From: Bacteroidales bacterium
GTDB lineage: Bacteria > Bacteroidota > Bacteroidia > Bacteroidales > UBA932
Direction of reading: 5' to 3'
DNA length: 64,000 nucleotides
Assembly: GCA_024398105.1 (NCBI GenBank)
Contig: JAKSJP010000003.1
Location: 19,780-83,779, forward strand
This document shows, in pieces, positions 1 through 8,457 of this stretch. Position numbers and translations under genes: made by a program. The first letter of the stretch is position 1, and the number at the start of each line of letters is the position of its first letter. The notes under the pieces were generated by a model. That model saw nothing but the letters and a program-made list of their open reading frames with translations. It did no database searches and had not been told where the DNA came from.

Positions 1-2009
1 CTTCTTCCTTCAGTAAATGATACGTTTATATTTCTTTTCGCCGCCGGCGGGATACTTCCTGACCATATGAGAGTAATGCCTCTCTTATGTCCGAAAAGGA
101 GCGTCTTTGAAACCGGATTCAAAGACACGGAGTTTCCGCAGTAACTATAGGCAGGTATACCTTCATAGCTGGAGAAAGAACGTATGTCCTGGCTGTTGAC
201 ATTCATTCTCGAAAGACCCTGGTCTGTACTTATCCAAAGATATTCGCCGTCTGGGAGGAGTCCTCTTACTCTGTTGTCGATAAGTCCTTCAGATGTAGAG
301 AACTGCCTCGTCTGGGATGCCTCTATATTATATAGGTAAAGGCCGCTGTCAAAGCCTCCAAGCCAGAAATTGCCATGGGTATCAAACGCAAGAGTAACAG
401 GAAAGAACGGCAGTGGATGCGACTTCAGTTCACGTGTGACCATATTTATCCTTAGGAGACCGTCGCTGTGTGTGATCCAGAGATTATCACTCGCATCACG
501 TAGTATGCATGAGCACATACGCACATTCTCCTGGCACTTGACCAATACTTTCTTTGCAATATCATAGTAATAGATGCCAGTCCGGGCAGCCACCCACATG
601 AAATCATTTATCCGGTCATACTCAAGATCATAGATATCATCAAGAGAGAAATGCTCCGGGATACCTGGCACCTGAGTTATTGCAGAAGGATTCGCCGGGT
701 CCATTATATCCAGTTCACCGCCGAGTGTTCCGACCCAGATCATACCCCTGGAGTCCTCTGTCATGGCACTGATCGAGTTATGCTTGAGGCCGGAATTCCT
801 GGTGTTGAAGCCATGGAAATTGAAGGTTCTATCTTCTCTTTGGAAGAGACCGTTCTCAGAAGTACCGATCCAATGTCTGCCTTTTGAATCAAAGAATATA
901 GAAAGGATCTGGGCGTCAGGAAGCGAACGAAGGTCATTCTCCCTGTGCCTTACATCTGTGACACTGAGATGCTTGCGTCTGAGAATCGAGATTCCGTCAC
1001 GGTCGCTTCCGACCCAAAGGTCTTCGCCGACAGCCTTGAGGCTCCTGACCTGGTTGCCAGCCAGCGCACGATAACCATAAGAGCTGACAGATGCATTGTA
1101 GGCATCGAAGGTATCATTGACTGGATTATATATATTCAGGCCGGACAACGTGCCTACCGCAATGCTGCCATCGGCTGTGACGGCAATACTGGTAATCTCA
1201 TTGCTGAGAAGTTTGTCGTCAAAATATGACTTAGTCTCGCCTGTCGCCTGGTCGATCACATAGAGGCCGTTGCTTGTACCAACCCAGATCTCATAGCCTC
1301 TCCTGACGATCGCATTGGCACGGATCTCTTCTCCGAGGTAGAGGAAACGGTTGATGTTCGTCATCTGGAAGCCCTTGCCATCCAGATACTTGATCTTTGT
1401 GATATAGCCGTCTATGAAAGTCCATACAGAAGCATCTTCATCAACTTCCGAGAGGACTAACCTGAGATCGAAATTGCTGTCTGAGCACTTGACTGAATCA
1501 CGGGATTCAATCTGTCCGTTCATCTTAAATGTAATGCGATGAAGGAAATTCCTGTTGCTGTACCAGATAGCACCGTCACTGGTACACACAGGCGCCGAGC
1601 AGAATGCACCTCCCGTTGAAGGCACGAACTGTTCCGCTATCTCAGAATTGGTCAGGGTCTTCAGGTCAATGATGTCAAGTCCGCCGACAGATCCCACCCA
1701 GAGTCTGTCAAAGCCGTCCTGAACGGCACCTGAGAGATAGTTATTGCAGAGGCTGGTCGGTGTATCCTTACGGAAAGTGGTGAATTCAGATCCATCATAC
1801 CTTACAAGGCCGCCTCCAAAAAGGGAGATCCACATGAAACCTGCCTTGTCCTGGTATAGGTCTACTACATTATTATATGTCTGGCCACCTATGTCAGTCA
1901 GAAAAACTGATGAATAATTCCCTACTGAACTATTCTGTGCGGTGACGACTCTTTCTGAAGTCAAAAGAGATAGAAAAATTAACAGGAATTTTTCCACCCT
2001 ACGCAACAT
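1..2009 (-). CDS. Hybrid two-component system (HTCS) sensor, N-terminal periplasmic beta-propeller part; 3' end lies outside the window
   Basis: Absent from the ORF track because the window edge cuts it. My translation of the minus strand from ATG 2009-2007 stays open to position 1. It reads MLRRVEKFLLIFLSLLTSERVVTAQ..., followed by many Reg_prop-like repeats (DKAGFMWISLFGGGLVRYDG, DRLWVGSVGGLDIIDL, YEIWVGTSNGLYVIDQ, GMIWVGTLGGELDIMD). Divergent from a GH10 gene. Confidence 0.7.
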   Translation of the reverse strand, partial: MLRRVEKFLLIFLSLLTSERVVTAQNSSVGNYSSVFLTDIGGQTYNNVVDLYQDKAGFMWISLFGGGLVRYDGSEFTTFRKDTPTSLCNNYLSGAVQDGFDRLWVGSVGGLDIIDLKTLTNSEIAEQFVPSTGGAFCSAPVCTSDGAIWYSNRNFLHRITFKMNGQIESRDSVKCSDSNFDLRLVLSEVDEDASVWTFIDGYITKIKYLDGKGFQMTNINRFLYLGEEIRANAIVRRGYEIWVGTSNGLYVIDQATGETKSYFDDKLLSNEITSIAVTADGSIAVGTLSGLNIYNPVNDTFDAYNASVSSYGYRALAGNQVRSLKAVGEDLWVGSDRDGISILRRKHLSVTDVRHRENDLRSLPDAQILSIFFDSKGRHWIGTSENGLFQREDRTFNFHGFNTRNSGLKHNSISAMTEDSRGMIWVGTLGGELDIMDPANPSAITQVPGIPEHFSLDDIYDLEYDRINDFMWVAARTGIYYYDIAKKVLVKCQENVRMCSCILRDASDNLWITHSDGLLRINMVTRELKSHPLPFFPVTLAFDTHGNFWLGGFDSGLYLYNIEASQTRQFSTSEGLIDNRVRGLLPDGEYLWISTDQGLSRMNVNSQDIRSFSSYEGIPAYSYCGNSVSLNPVSKTLLFGHKRGITLIWSGSIPPAAKRNINVSFTEGR

Positions 2010-2079
2010 ATTATCCACTTTACTCTTTTTTTAGTCCGTTTTCTCTTGCAAATATATAGTTTTTTGTAGATTTGTTAAC

Positions 2080-3228
2080 ATGAAAAGACTCAAGTATCTA
2101 TCAATAATTGCGTCATTGCTCGTAATTTCTTCCTGTGAGCAGAGTTCCAAGGAGGTATCAGGCAGTCTTAAAGACTGTTACAAGGATTCTTTCCTTATCG
2201 GAACCTGTGTCGACAACCATCTGGTCAACGGCAGATGCCCTGAAGACGAGGAGATTCTTCTCAGACACTTCAATGCTATCACAGCGGAGAATGACATGAA
2301 AACTGAGTCCATCCACCCTAAGCCTGATGTATGGAATTTCAAGAGGAGTGATGAATTCGTCCAGTTCGGACTCGACAACGACATGTGGAAGCTTGGACAT
2401 GCCCTTGTATGGCACAACCAGACCCCTTCGTTCTTCTGGTTCCACGAAGACGGCACTCCTAAGACCAAACCGGAACTTATAGAGACCATGAGGTCCTACA
2501 TCGAGACCGTAGCAGGCAGATATGCAGGCAAGATCGACGCCTGGGATGTAGTCATAGAGATCATCGGAGAGCAAGGCGAATACAGGAATCTCGGATGGGT
2601 CAAGGCATTTGACGGCGACGGATACGAAGTTGTAAAGAATGCATTCACATTTGCAAGCCAGTACGCTCCCGAGGCAGAATTGTACTATAGTGACTTCAAC
2701 GTATGGAGAAGAAGCCATCTCGACGGCATCGTAGCGATGGTCAAGAGACTCAAGAAGGATGGAGTCAGGATCGACGGTGTCGGAATCCAGGGCCACTGGG
2801 GACTCAACTACCCCTCAGCGCAGGACATCGAGCATGCGATCGACACCCTCTCGTCGCTGGGTCTTAAAATTTCCATCAGTGAGCTTGACATAGATGTACT
2901 TCCGTTAACCAAGGAAGGTCAGGTCATCGGAAAGTGTCTCCAGGAGGCACAGTTCCAGCTTGAAGAGTTCAAGGCGTACCTCGATCCTTACAGAGACGGA
3001 CTACCTCAAGACGTAGCCAAGGAGCTGGACGCACGATACGAAGAGCTGTTCCGCATCTTCTACAAGCACAGGAGCCAGATTGAACGAGTATCGTTCTGGG
3101 GACTGACCGACGAGAAATCATGGAAGAACGGCTACCCTATCCCTAACAGGACAAACTACCCTCTTCTGTTCAACAGAGACCACAGCGCAAAGCCTGCACT
3201 CAAGGCCCTGCTGACAATCCCGGAATAA
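2080..3228 (+). CDS. Glycoside hydrolase family 10 endo-beta-1,4-xylanase, lipoprotein
   Basis: 382-aa ORF with ATG start and lipobox LVISS|C. GH10 acid/base region KIDAWDVVIEII and nucleophile region KISISELDIDV. C-terminal SFWGLTDEKSW motif. Confidence 0.85.
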   Translation: MKRLKYLSIIASLLVISSCEQSSKEVSGSLKDCYKDSFLIGTCVDNHLVNGRCPEDEEILLRHFNAITAENDMKTESIHPKPDVWNFKRSDEFVQFGLDNDMWKLGHALVWHNQTPSFFWFHEDGTPKTKPELIETMRSYIETVAGRYAGKIDAWDVVIEIIGEQGEYRNLGWVKAFDGDGYEVVKNAFTFASQYAPEAELYYSDFNVWRRSHLDGIVAMVKRLKKDGVRIDGVGIQGHWGLNYPSAQDIEHAIDTLSSLGLKISISELDIDVLPLTKEGQVIGKCLQEAQFQLEEFKAYLDPYRDGLPQDVAKELDARYEELFRIFYKHRSQIERVSFWGLTDEKSWKNGYPIPNRTNYPLLFNRDHSAKPALKALLTIPE

Positions 3229-3246
3229 TCAGACCAAGACTATAAC

Positions 3247-3633
3247 ATGAAAAGAAACATCAGACTCATCATTGTCGCAATCATCACCATGATGTCATTG
3301 TCTTCCTGCGCCAGCATGCTCCCAGCACGCTTTGACGCACTTGCAACCAACGTTGAGAGACATGGCGACAACTACACCATCCAACAGTGGGAAAGAAAGA
3401 ATGACAAGTTCAAGGCTCTCTGCCATGAATACAAAGAGCACTTCACAGAATATACACGCTCAGAAAGAAGCCGCATCCACAATTCGATGGCGACTTACGT
3501 GAAGAGCGCCGCTAAGTCTGGAGTCGTCACTGTCGCTGACACTGTAACAGAGATCGCGAACCAGATCTCAGAGCTTTTCGAAGATGCAAAGGCATTCTTC
3601 CAGAGCCTCGGGTTCGGAAAGAACAAAGAATGA
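3247..3633 (+). CDS. Small hypothetical lipoprotein (helical)
   Basis: 128-aa ORF with signal peptide and lipobox MSLSS|C. No recognisable catalytic motif. 18 nt downstream of the GH10 gene. Confidence 0.55.
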   Translation: MKRNIRLIIVAIITMMSLSSCASMLPARFDALATNVERHGDNYTIQQWERKNDKFKALCHEYKEHFTEYTRSERSRIHNSMATYVKSAAKSGVVTVADTVTEIANQISELFEDAKAFFQSLGFGKNKE

Positions 3634-3635
3634 TA

Positions 3636-5867
3636 TCAGATCTTTGAGCCTGCGATCCAGACCAGGTCGCCGGCTTCAAACACGAAATCTGGAGAAGGAT
3701 TGGTTATCGGCTTGCCGTTTCTGACGACGCTGATAACCATTTTTCTTTGTGATCGGAGGTCAATGTCACGCAAAGCCAGGCCTACAAGTTCAGAATCTTC
3801 CGTAAGGAGATGCTTCCTTATGGCGAAATCTGACTCATAGCTTTCATTCTGAGGCGTCTGCACCCTCACCGTCTTCACGAACCTGTCAAGCTGGTCCGCC
3901 GTTCCCACAGCGACAAGCTTGTCATAAGGAAAGACCCTTTCGTCTCCGGACGGGAGCTCGATGCTTCTTGACCCACGAATGATCTTGAAGATATTGACGC
4001 CGCATTCCTTTCGGAACGGCAGATCCTTCAGCTTAGAGCCTACAGCGGGATAGTCCGGCGATATCTCCTCGATGACGGAACGGATGTCGTAGACGGACAG
4101 TTTATCCTTGACAGAAGTGGTCACAGGAGCCTTTCTTCTATGAATCTCTTCCTTCTTGTTGAGGTTCTGGAGGAATCTTGACTCTATCTTCAGCAGGCGG
4201 TGATATGACTGCTTGATGAAGAAAAAGAATACCAGCACGGCAAGGAATATCACCATCACGGCCTGAGCTGAGCTAAGGGTGAAACAAGACGCGATGACCA
4301 TGAAAATATAGACCATGGCTACCGCCATCTTCATCAGGCTCATGGAAAGAAGCAGCCAGAGATTGGCCTCATTACGTTCCAGAAGCTTATGGGACGATGC
4401 TCTCTGGGAGTGAGTCTCCATGACCATGGCAAGGAGGAACGGTGCCATCAGGAACAAGGTCGCCGAGACGCGGATGATGCCCGACACAAGCTGCGGCAGA
4501 TCAGGGAGAAGGCGCTGGATCAGCGGTACCATGATCATTTTCGAGCCGAACATTATCGCAAGTATGACGACGCTGTAGAGACCGACGCGCACGAGCTGGG
4601 TGCGGACAAGACGGATCCACTCGGCATGTTCATAGTCGGTGTTGCCAGGATCGCGGTCAGAGGCTTCCAGGCGCTCGATTATGCGTGTCGGAAGCTTTCT
4701 TCGGAGGAATGCGGCGAAAGGTGTCGCCGATTTGATCATGTACGGAGTGAGGAAGGTCGTGATGACCGACACTGCGATCATGACAGGATAGATGAAGTCT
4801 CTCATCACGCCTAGGGACACTCCAAGGCCGGCCAGGATGAATGAGAACTCGCCTATCTGGGCAAGCGAGAAGCCGCAGCTCACGGCATCGTCCAGACCCT
4901 TTCCGGAAAGCAAGGCGCCAGAAGTCGAGAAGAACGACATTCCTGCCAGCGCGGAAACCGTAACCAGGAGTATCACGAACCAGTGCGCGGCGATGACCGA
5001 AGGGTCGAGCATCATACCCACCGATACAAAGAAGATTGCGCCGAAAAGGTTCTTTATGCTGCCGACCAGCTTCATGATTTTCTCCCCTTCCACGGTCTCG
5101 GACATGATCGAGCCCATCACGAAGGCACCGAGCGCGGCGGAGAAGCCTGCCGTCTCAGCGATCATAACCATTCCGAAGCAAAGGCCGATGCTGATGATGA
5201 GCAGGATCTCGTCTGTCATATACTTATGTGCCCTCTGCAGGGCTGTCGGTATCACATAGATGCCCACCAGGAACCACAGGACGATGCAGAAAAGCAGCTT
5301 TCCTATACCTTTTACGGTCTCGATGCCTGAGAAAGTATGGGACACGGCCATCGTCGAGAGGACGACCATCAGGAGAATGGCGATAAGGTCCTGCACGACA
5401 AGCGTTCCGAAGACAGTCGACGCATAGGAGGAGTTCTTCAGGCCAAGGTCGTCATAGGCCTTGATCACTATGGCCGTCGAGGACATCGAGAGCATGCCTC
5501 CAAGGAATACACTTTCCATGGTTGCCCAGCCCATGGCCTGTCCCAGCATGATTCCGAGGCACATCATTCCGAGGCATTGGCAACCTGCCATGACAAGTCC
5601 CGTGCTTCCTACCTTGAGCAGTTTCTTGAAGGAGAATTCAAGGCCCAGGGCGAAGAGAAGGAAGATGATACCGATCTCCGACCACTGGTTTACGGATTCT
5701 GTGCTTGTGATGCCCGGAAAGAAGCCGACATGGGGTCCCACGAGGAAACCTGCCACGATGTATCCGAGGATAAGTGGCTGCTTCAGGGCCCGCGATATGA
5801 TGGTGAAGACTCCGGCGGAAATGAGAATGACCGCAAGGTCGTGCACCAGGTTCAATTCTTCTGTCAT
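3636..5867 (-). CDS. CPA2-family monovalent cation:proton antiporter with two C-terminal RCK_C (TrkA-C) domains
   Basis: The ORF-track start at 5879 is TTG; the first ATG is at 5867 (MTEELNLVHDLAVILISAGVF...). About 12 TM helices with a Na_H_exchanger-like core (GYIVAGFLVGP), then two TrkA-C-like repeats (GSKLKDL...LVAVGTADQL and LVGLALRDIDL...GDLVWIAGS). Confidence 0.85.
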   Translation of the reverse strand: MTEELNLVHDLAVILISAGVFTIISRALKQPLILGYIVAGFLVGPHVGFFPGITSTESVNQWSEIGIIFLLFALGLEFSFKKLLKVGSTGLVMAGCQCLGMMCLGIMLGQAMGWATMESVFLGGMLSMSSTAIVIKAYDDLGLKNSSYASTVFGTLVVQDLIAILLMVVLSTMAVSHTFSGIETVKGIGKLLFCIVLWFLVGIYVIPTALQRAHKYMTDEILLIISIGLCFGMVMIAETAGFSAALGAFVMGSIMSETVEGEKIMKLVGSIKNLFGAIFFVSVGMMLDPSVIAAHWFVILLVTVSALAGMSFFSTSGALLSGKGLDDAVSCGFSLAQIGEFSFILAGLGVSLGVMRDFIYPVMIAVSVITTFLTPYMIKSATPFAAFLRRKLPTRIIERLEASDRDPGNTDYEHAEWIRLVRTQLVRVGLYSVVILAIMFGSKMIMVPLIQRLLPDLPQLVSGIIRVSATLFLMAPFLLAMVMETHSQRASSHKLLERNEANLWLLLSMSLMKMAVAMVYIFMVIASCFTLSSAQAVMVIFLAVLVFFFFIKQSYHRLLKIESRFLQNLNKKEEIHRRKAPVTTSVKDKLSVYDIRSVIEEISPDYPAVGSKLKDLPFRKECGVNIFKIIRGSRSIELPSGDERVFPYDKLVAVGTADQLDRFVKTVRVQTPQNESYESDFAIRKHLLTEDSELVGLALRDIDLRSQRKMVISVVRNGKPITNPSPDFVFEAGDLVWIAGSKI

Positions 5868-5896
5868 GACTATGGTCAAATGTCACGCAATATTAC

Positions 5897-5904
5897 TATT
5901 TTTG
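5897..5904 (+). promoter_or_regulatory. Candidate Bacteroidetes -7 promoter box (TATTTTTG) for the COG0523 gene
   Basis: Exact match to the TAnnTTTG consensus, 32 nt upstream of ATG 5936. Embedded in the inverted repeat at 5896-5926. Confidence 0.35.
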
Positions 5905-5935
5905 TAAAGAATCTGCAAAAAAATAGAATAGTCAT

Positions 5936-7225
5936 ATGGAAGTCAATAACATTCCGGTACTCCTTCTGACAGGATACCTTGGAAGCGGAAAGACGACACT
6001 CCTGAACAGGATCCTTTCCAACAGACGTGGAATCAAGTTCGCAGTGATAGTGAACGACATCGGCGAGGTCAACATCGATGCGGACCTCATCCAGAAAGGC
6101 GGCATCGTCGACAAGAAAGACGACAGCCTCGTCGCCCTTGAGAACGGCTGTATCTGCTGCACCCTCAAGATGGACCTCGTGGAGCAGCTCTCGGAAATCA
6201 GCCGCATGGGCAAGTTCGACTACATCGTCATCGAGGCCAGCGGAATCTGCGAGCCTGCGCCTATCGCCCAGACCATCTGCTCATTCCCTCAGCTCGGTCC
6301 TAAATACGACGACGGAAGTCCTATGCCTGTCCTCGACTGCATCGTGACGGTCGTCGACGCACTCAGGCTCCAGAGCGAGTTCGCCTGCGGAGATGACCTC
6401 ACCAAGGAGCACATCGACGAGGAGGACATCGAGAACCTCGTCATCCAGCAGATCGAGTTCTGCAACATCGTGCTTCTCAACAAGGCATCAGAGGTCAAGC
6501 CGGAGGAACTTGAGAGGATACGTCAGATAATCAGGGCCCTCCAGCCTAAGGCAGAGATCATCGACTGCGACTACGGCGACGTCGACTTCGACAAGATACT
6601 CCACACCGGCATGTTCGACTTCGAGAAGGTTGCCACTTCCGCTGCATGGATCGCCGCCATCGAGGGCGATGTCCATGACGAGGATGACGACGATGACGAG
6701 GACGACGATCACGAGTGCGAGATCTGCGGCGGTCACCACCACGAGCACGAATGCCATCATCACGAGCACGAACATGAGCATGAGCACGAACATGAGCACG
6801 GTCATCATCACCACCATCACCATCATGGCGAAGGTGAAGCGGAGGAATATGGTATCGGAACATACGTATATTTCCGTCGCCCATCGCTGAACATCAACAT
6901 GTTCGACCGCTTCGTCTCAAAGGTATGGCCAAAGAACATCATTCGCGCCAAGGGCATCTGCTGGTTCAGCGACGAGATCGACAAGTGCTATCTCTTCGAG
7001 CAGGCCGGAATCCAGAAATCACTCAAGGACGCCGGCTACTGGTATGCCACCATGCCTGACGAGAAGATCGACGAGATGCTGGTGAAAGATCCTGTCCTTG
7101 CACGCGACTGGGATCCGGAATATGGCGACAGGATGATCAAGATCGTCTTCATCGGCCAGAACCTCGACAAGAAGATGATTGCCGAGGAACTCGACAAGTG
7201 CCTCGAGCAGCCGCTGTGGATGTAA
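5936..7225 (+). CDS. CobW/COG0523-family G3E GTPase metallochaperone with His/Asp/Glu-rich insert (ZigA/YeiR-like, putative zinc chaperone)
   Basis: 429 aa. P-loop GYLGSGKTTLLN, metal-binding CxCC motif (GCICCT) and a switch region. Insert reads DEDDDDDEDDDHECEICGGHHHEHECHHHEHEHEHEHEHEHGHHHHHHHHGEGE. CobW_C-like C-terminus. Confidence 0.85.
   Translation: MEVNNIPVLLLTGYLGSGKTTLLNRILSNRRGIKFAVIVNDIGEVNIDADLIQKGGIVDKKDDSLVALENGCICCTLKMDLVEQLSEISRMGKFDYIVIEASGICEPAPIAQTICSFPQLGPKYDDGSPMPVLDCIVTVVDALRLQSEFACGDDLTKEHIDEEDIENLVIQQIEFCNIVLLNKASEVKPEELERIRQIIRALQPKAEIIDCDYGDVDFDKILHTGMFDFEKVATSAAWIAAIEGDVHDEDDDDDEDDDHECEICGGHHHEHECHHHEHEHEHEHEHEHGHHHHHHHHGEGEAEEYGIGTYVYFRRPSLNINMFDRFVSKVWPKNIIRAKGICWFSDEIDKCYLFEQAGIQKSLKDAGYWYATMPDEKIDEMLVKDPVLARDWDPEYGDRMIKIVFIGQNLDKKMIAEELDKCLEQPLWM
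6675..6826 (+). repeat. Low-complexity coding tract (GAY/GAR then CAY/GAR codon runs) encoding the acidic/His-rich insert
   Basis: Direct reading: gacgaggatgacgacgatgacgaggacgacgat ... cacgagcacgaacatgagcatgagcacgaacatgagcacggtcatcatcaccaccatcaccatcat. Confidence 0.9.
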
Positions 7226-7229
7226 AAAA

Positions 7230-7263
7230 AGTCCTGTAGACTGAATCGACCTACAGGACTTTT
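7230..7263. terminator. Bidirectional rho-independent terminator between convergent COG0523 and purC genes
   Basis: 10-bp perfect stem agtcctgtag / ctacaggact with an 11-nt loop. Preceded by an A-run (7224-7230) and followed by TTT. Confidence 0.7.
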
Positions 7264-7283
7264 ATCAATTATTTGACAGTCAA

Positions 7284-8222
7284 TTACTTGAGTGAAGCAA
7301 GACAAGCAGTGATCTTGGCCTCGATCTCGGCTGGAGAGTAGTCCTCCTTGACGAATGGCTCGCCGACGATGTGCTCGTAGAGCTCGATGTAGCGGTCGGT
7401 GATGCTGTTCACGATCTCAGGAGTCATCTCTGGGACCTTCTGGCCTTCCTGGCCCTGGAAGCCGTTGGCCATGAGCCACTCTCTTACGAACTCCTTCGAG
7501 AGCTGCTTCTGTCTTTCGCCTGCTGCGAGTCTCTCTTCATAGCCTCCTGCGTAGAAGTATCTTGAAGAGTCAGGTGTGTGAATCTCGTCCATGAGATAGA
7601 TCACGCCGTCCTTCTTACCGAACTCGTACTTGGTGTCGACAAGGATGAGACCCTGCTTTGCAGCAATCTCGGTGCCTCTCTGGAAGATTGCACGGGTGTA
7701 CTTCTCGAGCTGCTCGTAGTCCTCGCGTGACACGAGACCTGTAGCGATGATGTCCTCCTTTGAGATATCCTCATCGTGACCCTCAGCTGCCTTTGTGGTA
7801 GGGGTGATGATAGGCTCAGGGAACTTCTGGTTCTCTACCATGCCGTCCGGCATGGTAACTCCGCAGATCTCTCTCTTTCCAGCCTTGTACTCTCTCCATG
7901 CATGACCTGAAAGATAGCCTCTGATGACCATCTCTACCTTGAACGGCTCGCACTTGTAGCCTACTGTCACTGAAGGAGAAGGGACTGCGACTTTCCAGTT
8001 AGGAAGGATGTCTGCTGTCGCGTCAAGGAACTTCGCTGCGATCTGGTTGAGCACCTGGCCCTTATAAGGGATACCCTCAGGAAGGACTACGTCAAACGCA
8101 GAGATTCTGTCTGAAACGACCATGACGAGGTATTCGCCTGCATCGTAGACGTCACGTACCTTGCCAACATACTTTCCGGCCTGGCCTGGGAAAGTGAAAT
8201 CTGTCTTTACAATTGCTTTCAT
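7284..8222 (-). CDS. purC: Phosphoribosylaminoimidazole-succinocarboxamide (SAICAR) synthase
   Basis: 312 aa with ATG start. Long-form PurC motifs: [27 protein letters not shown]. Confidence 0.93.
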   Translation of the reverse strand: MKAIVKTDFTFPGQAGKYVGKVRDVYDAGEYLVMVVSDRISAFDVVLPEGIPYKGQVLNQIAAKFLDATADILPNWKVAVPSPSVTVGYKCEPFKVEMVIRGYLSGHAWREYKAGKREICGVTMPDGMVENQKFPEPIITPTTKAAEGHDEDISKEDIIATGLVSREDYEQLEKYTRAIFQRGTEIAAKQGLILVDTKYEFGKKDGVIYLMDEIHTPDSSRYFYAGGYEERLAAGERQKQLSKEFVREWLMANGFQGQEGQKVPEMTPEIVNSITDRYIELYEHIVGEPFVKEDYSPAEIEAKITACLASLK

Positions 8223-8288
8223 CTATGATATGTAATTACTTTTTCATTCGAGGACGGCCCACAAGCCGAAGCATAGCCGTATTCATGG

Positions 8289-8296
8289 CAAATTTA
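8289..8296 (-). promoter_or_regulatory. Candidate -7 box (TAAATTTG on minus strand) for purC
   Basis: Plus-strand caaattta is the reverse complement of TAAATTTG, about 67 nt upstream of purC ATG (8222). Confidence 0.3.
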
Positions 8297-8319
8297 GTCA
8301 TAAAAAACAAAATTAGTCG

Positions 8320-8327
8320 TATATTTG
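8320..8327 (+). promoter_or_regulatory. Candidate -7 box (TATATTTG) for tRNA-Gly
   Basis: Exact TAnnTTTG match ending 11 nt before the mature tRNA 5' end. Confidence 0.45.
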
Positions 8328-8338
8328 TCAACGATTTC

Positions 8339-8414
8339 GCGGAATTAGCTCAGTTGGTAGAGCGTTGGCTTCCCAAGCCGAAGGTCGCGGGTTCGAACCC
8401 CGTATTCCGCTCCA
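8339..8414 (+). tRNA. tRNA-Gly (anticodon CCC), CCA encoded
   Basis: Manual cloverleaf. Acceptor gcggaat/attccgc, D arm gctc-agttggta-gagc, anticodon stem ttggc/gccga with loop ttCCCaa, 5-nt variable loop, T arm gcggg-ttcgaac-cccgt, discriminator U, then cca. Confidence 0.9.
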
Positions 8415-8420
8415 TGACAA

Positions 8421-8448
8421 CCCGCACTCGATGCGGGATAATTTTTTT
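8421..8448 (+). terminator. Rho-independent terminator after tRNA-Gly
   Basis: Stem cccgca/tgcggg with loop ctcga, followed by ataattttttt. Confidence 0.65.
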
Positions 8449-8457
8449 CTATCAGTT

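Noticed and set aside
2067-2074. TAGATTTG box upstream of the GH10 gene, and TAATTTTG (24306-24313) upstream of the Stealth gene
   Set aside because: Both match TAnnTTTG but end only 4-5 nt before the ATG, which would imply leaderless transcripts. This is too uncertain to list as promoters.
2158-2796. 212-aa and 103-aa minus-strand ORFs inside the GH10 gene
   Set aside because: The plus-strand frame carries clear GH10 motifs and a lipoprotein signal. The antisense ORFs have no start context or motifs.
4389-5969. Series of plus-strand ORFs (141-210 aa) opposite the CPA2 antiporter gene
   Set aside because: They are antisense shadows of a polytopic membrane protein gene. The products are His/Arg/Asp-rich and non-globular.
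6488-6890. Three ORFs (112, 108 and 86 aa) overlapping the His-rich tract, on both strands
   Set aside because: They are artefacts of the low-complexity CAY/GAR repeat, which stays open in several frames (poly-Val/Met and poly-Arg/Thr products).
8365-8457. N-terminal extension of the M16 peptidase ORF starting at TTG 8365
   Set aside because: It overlaps tRNA-Gly and its terminator. A proper lipoprotein signal begins at ATG 8458.
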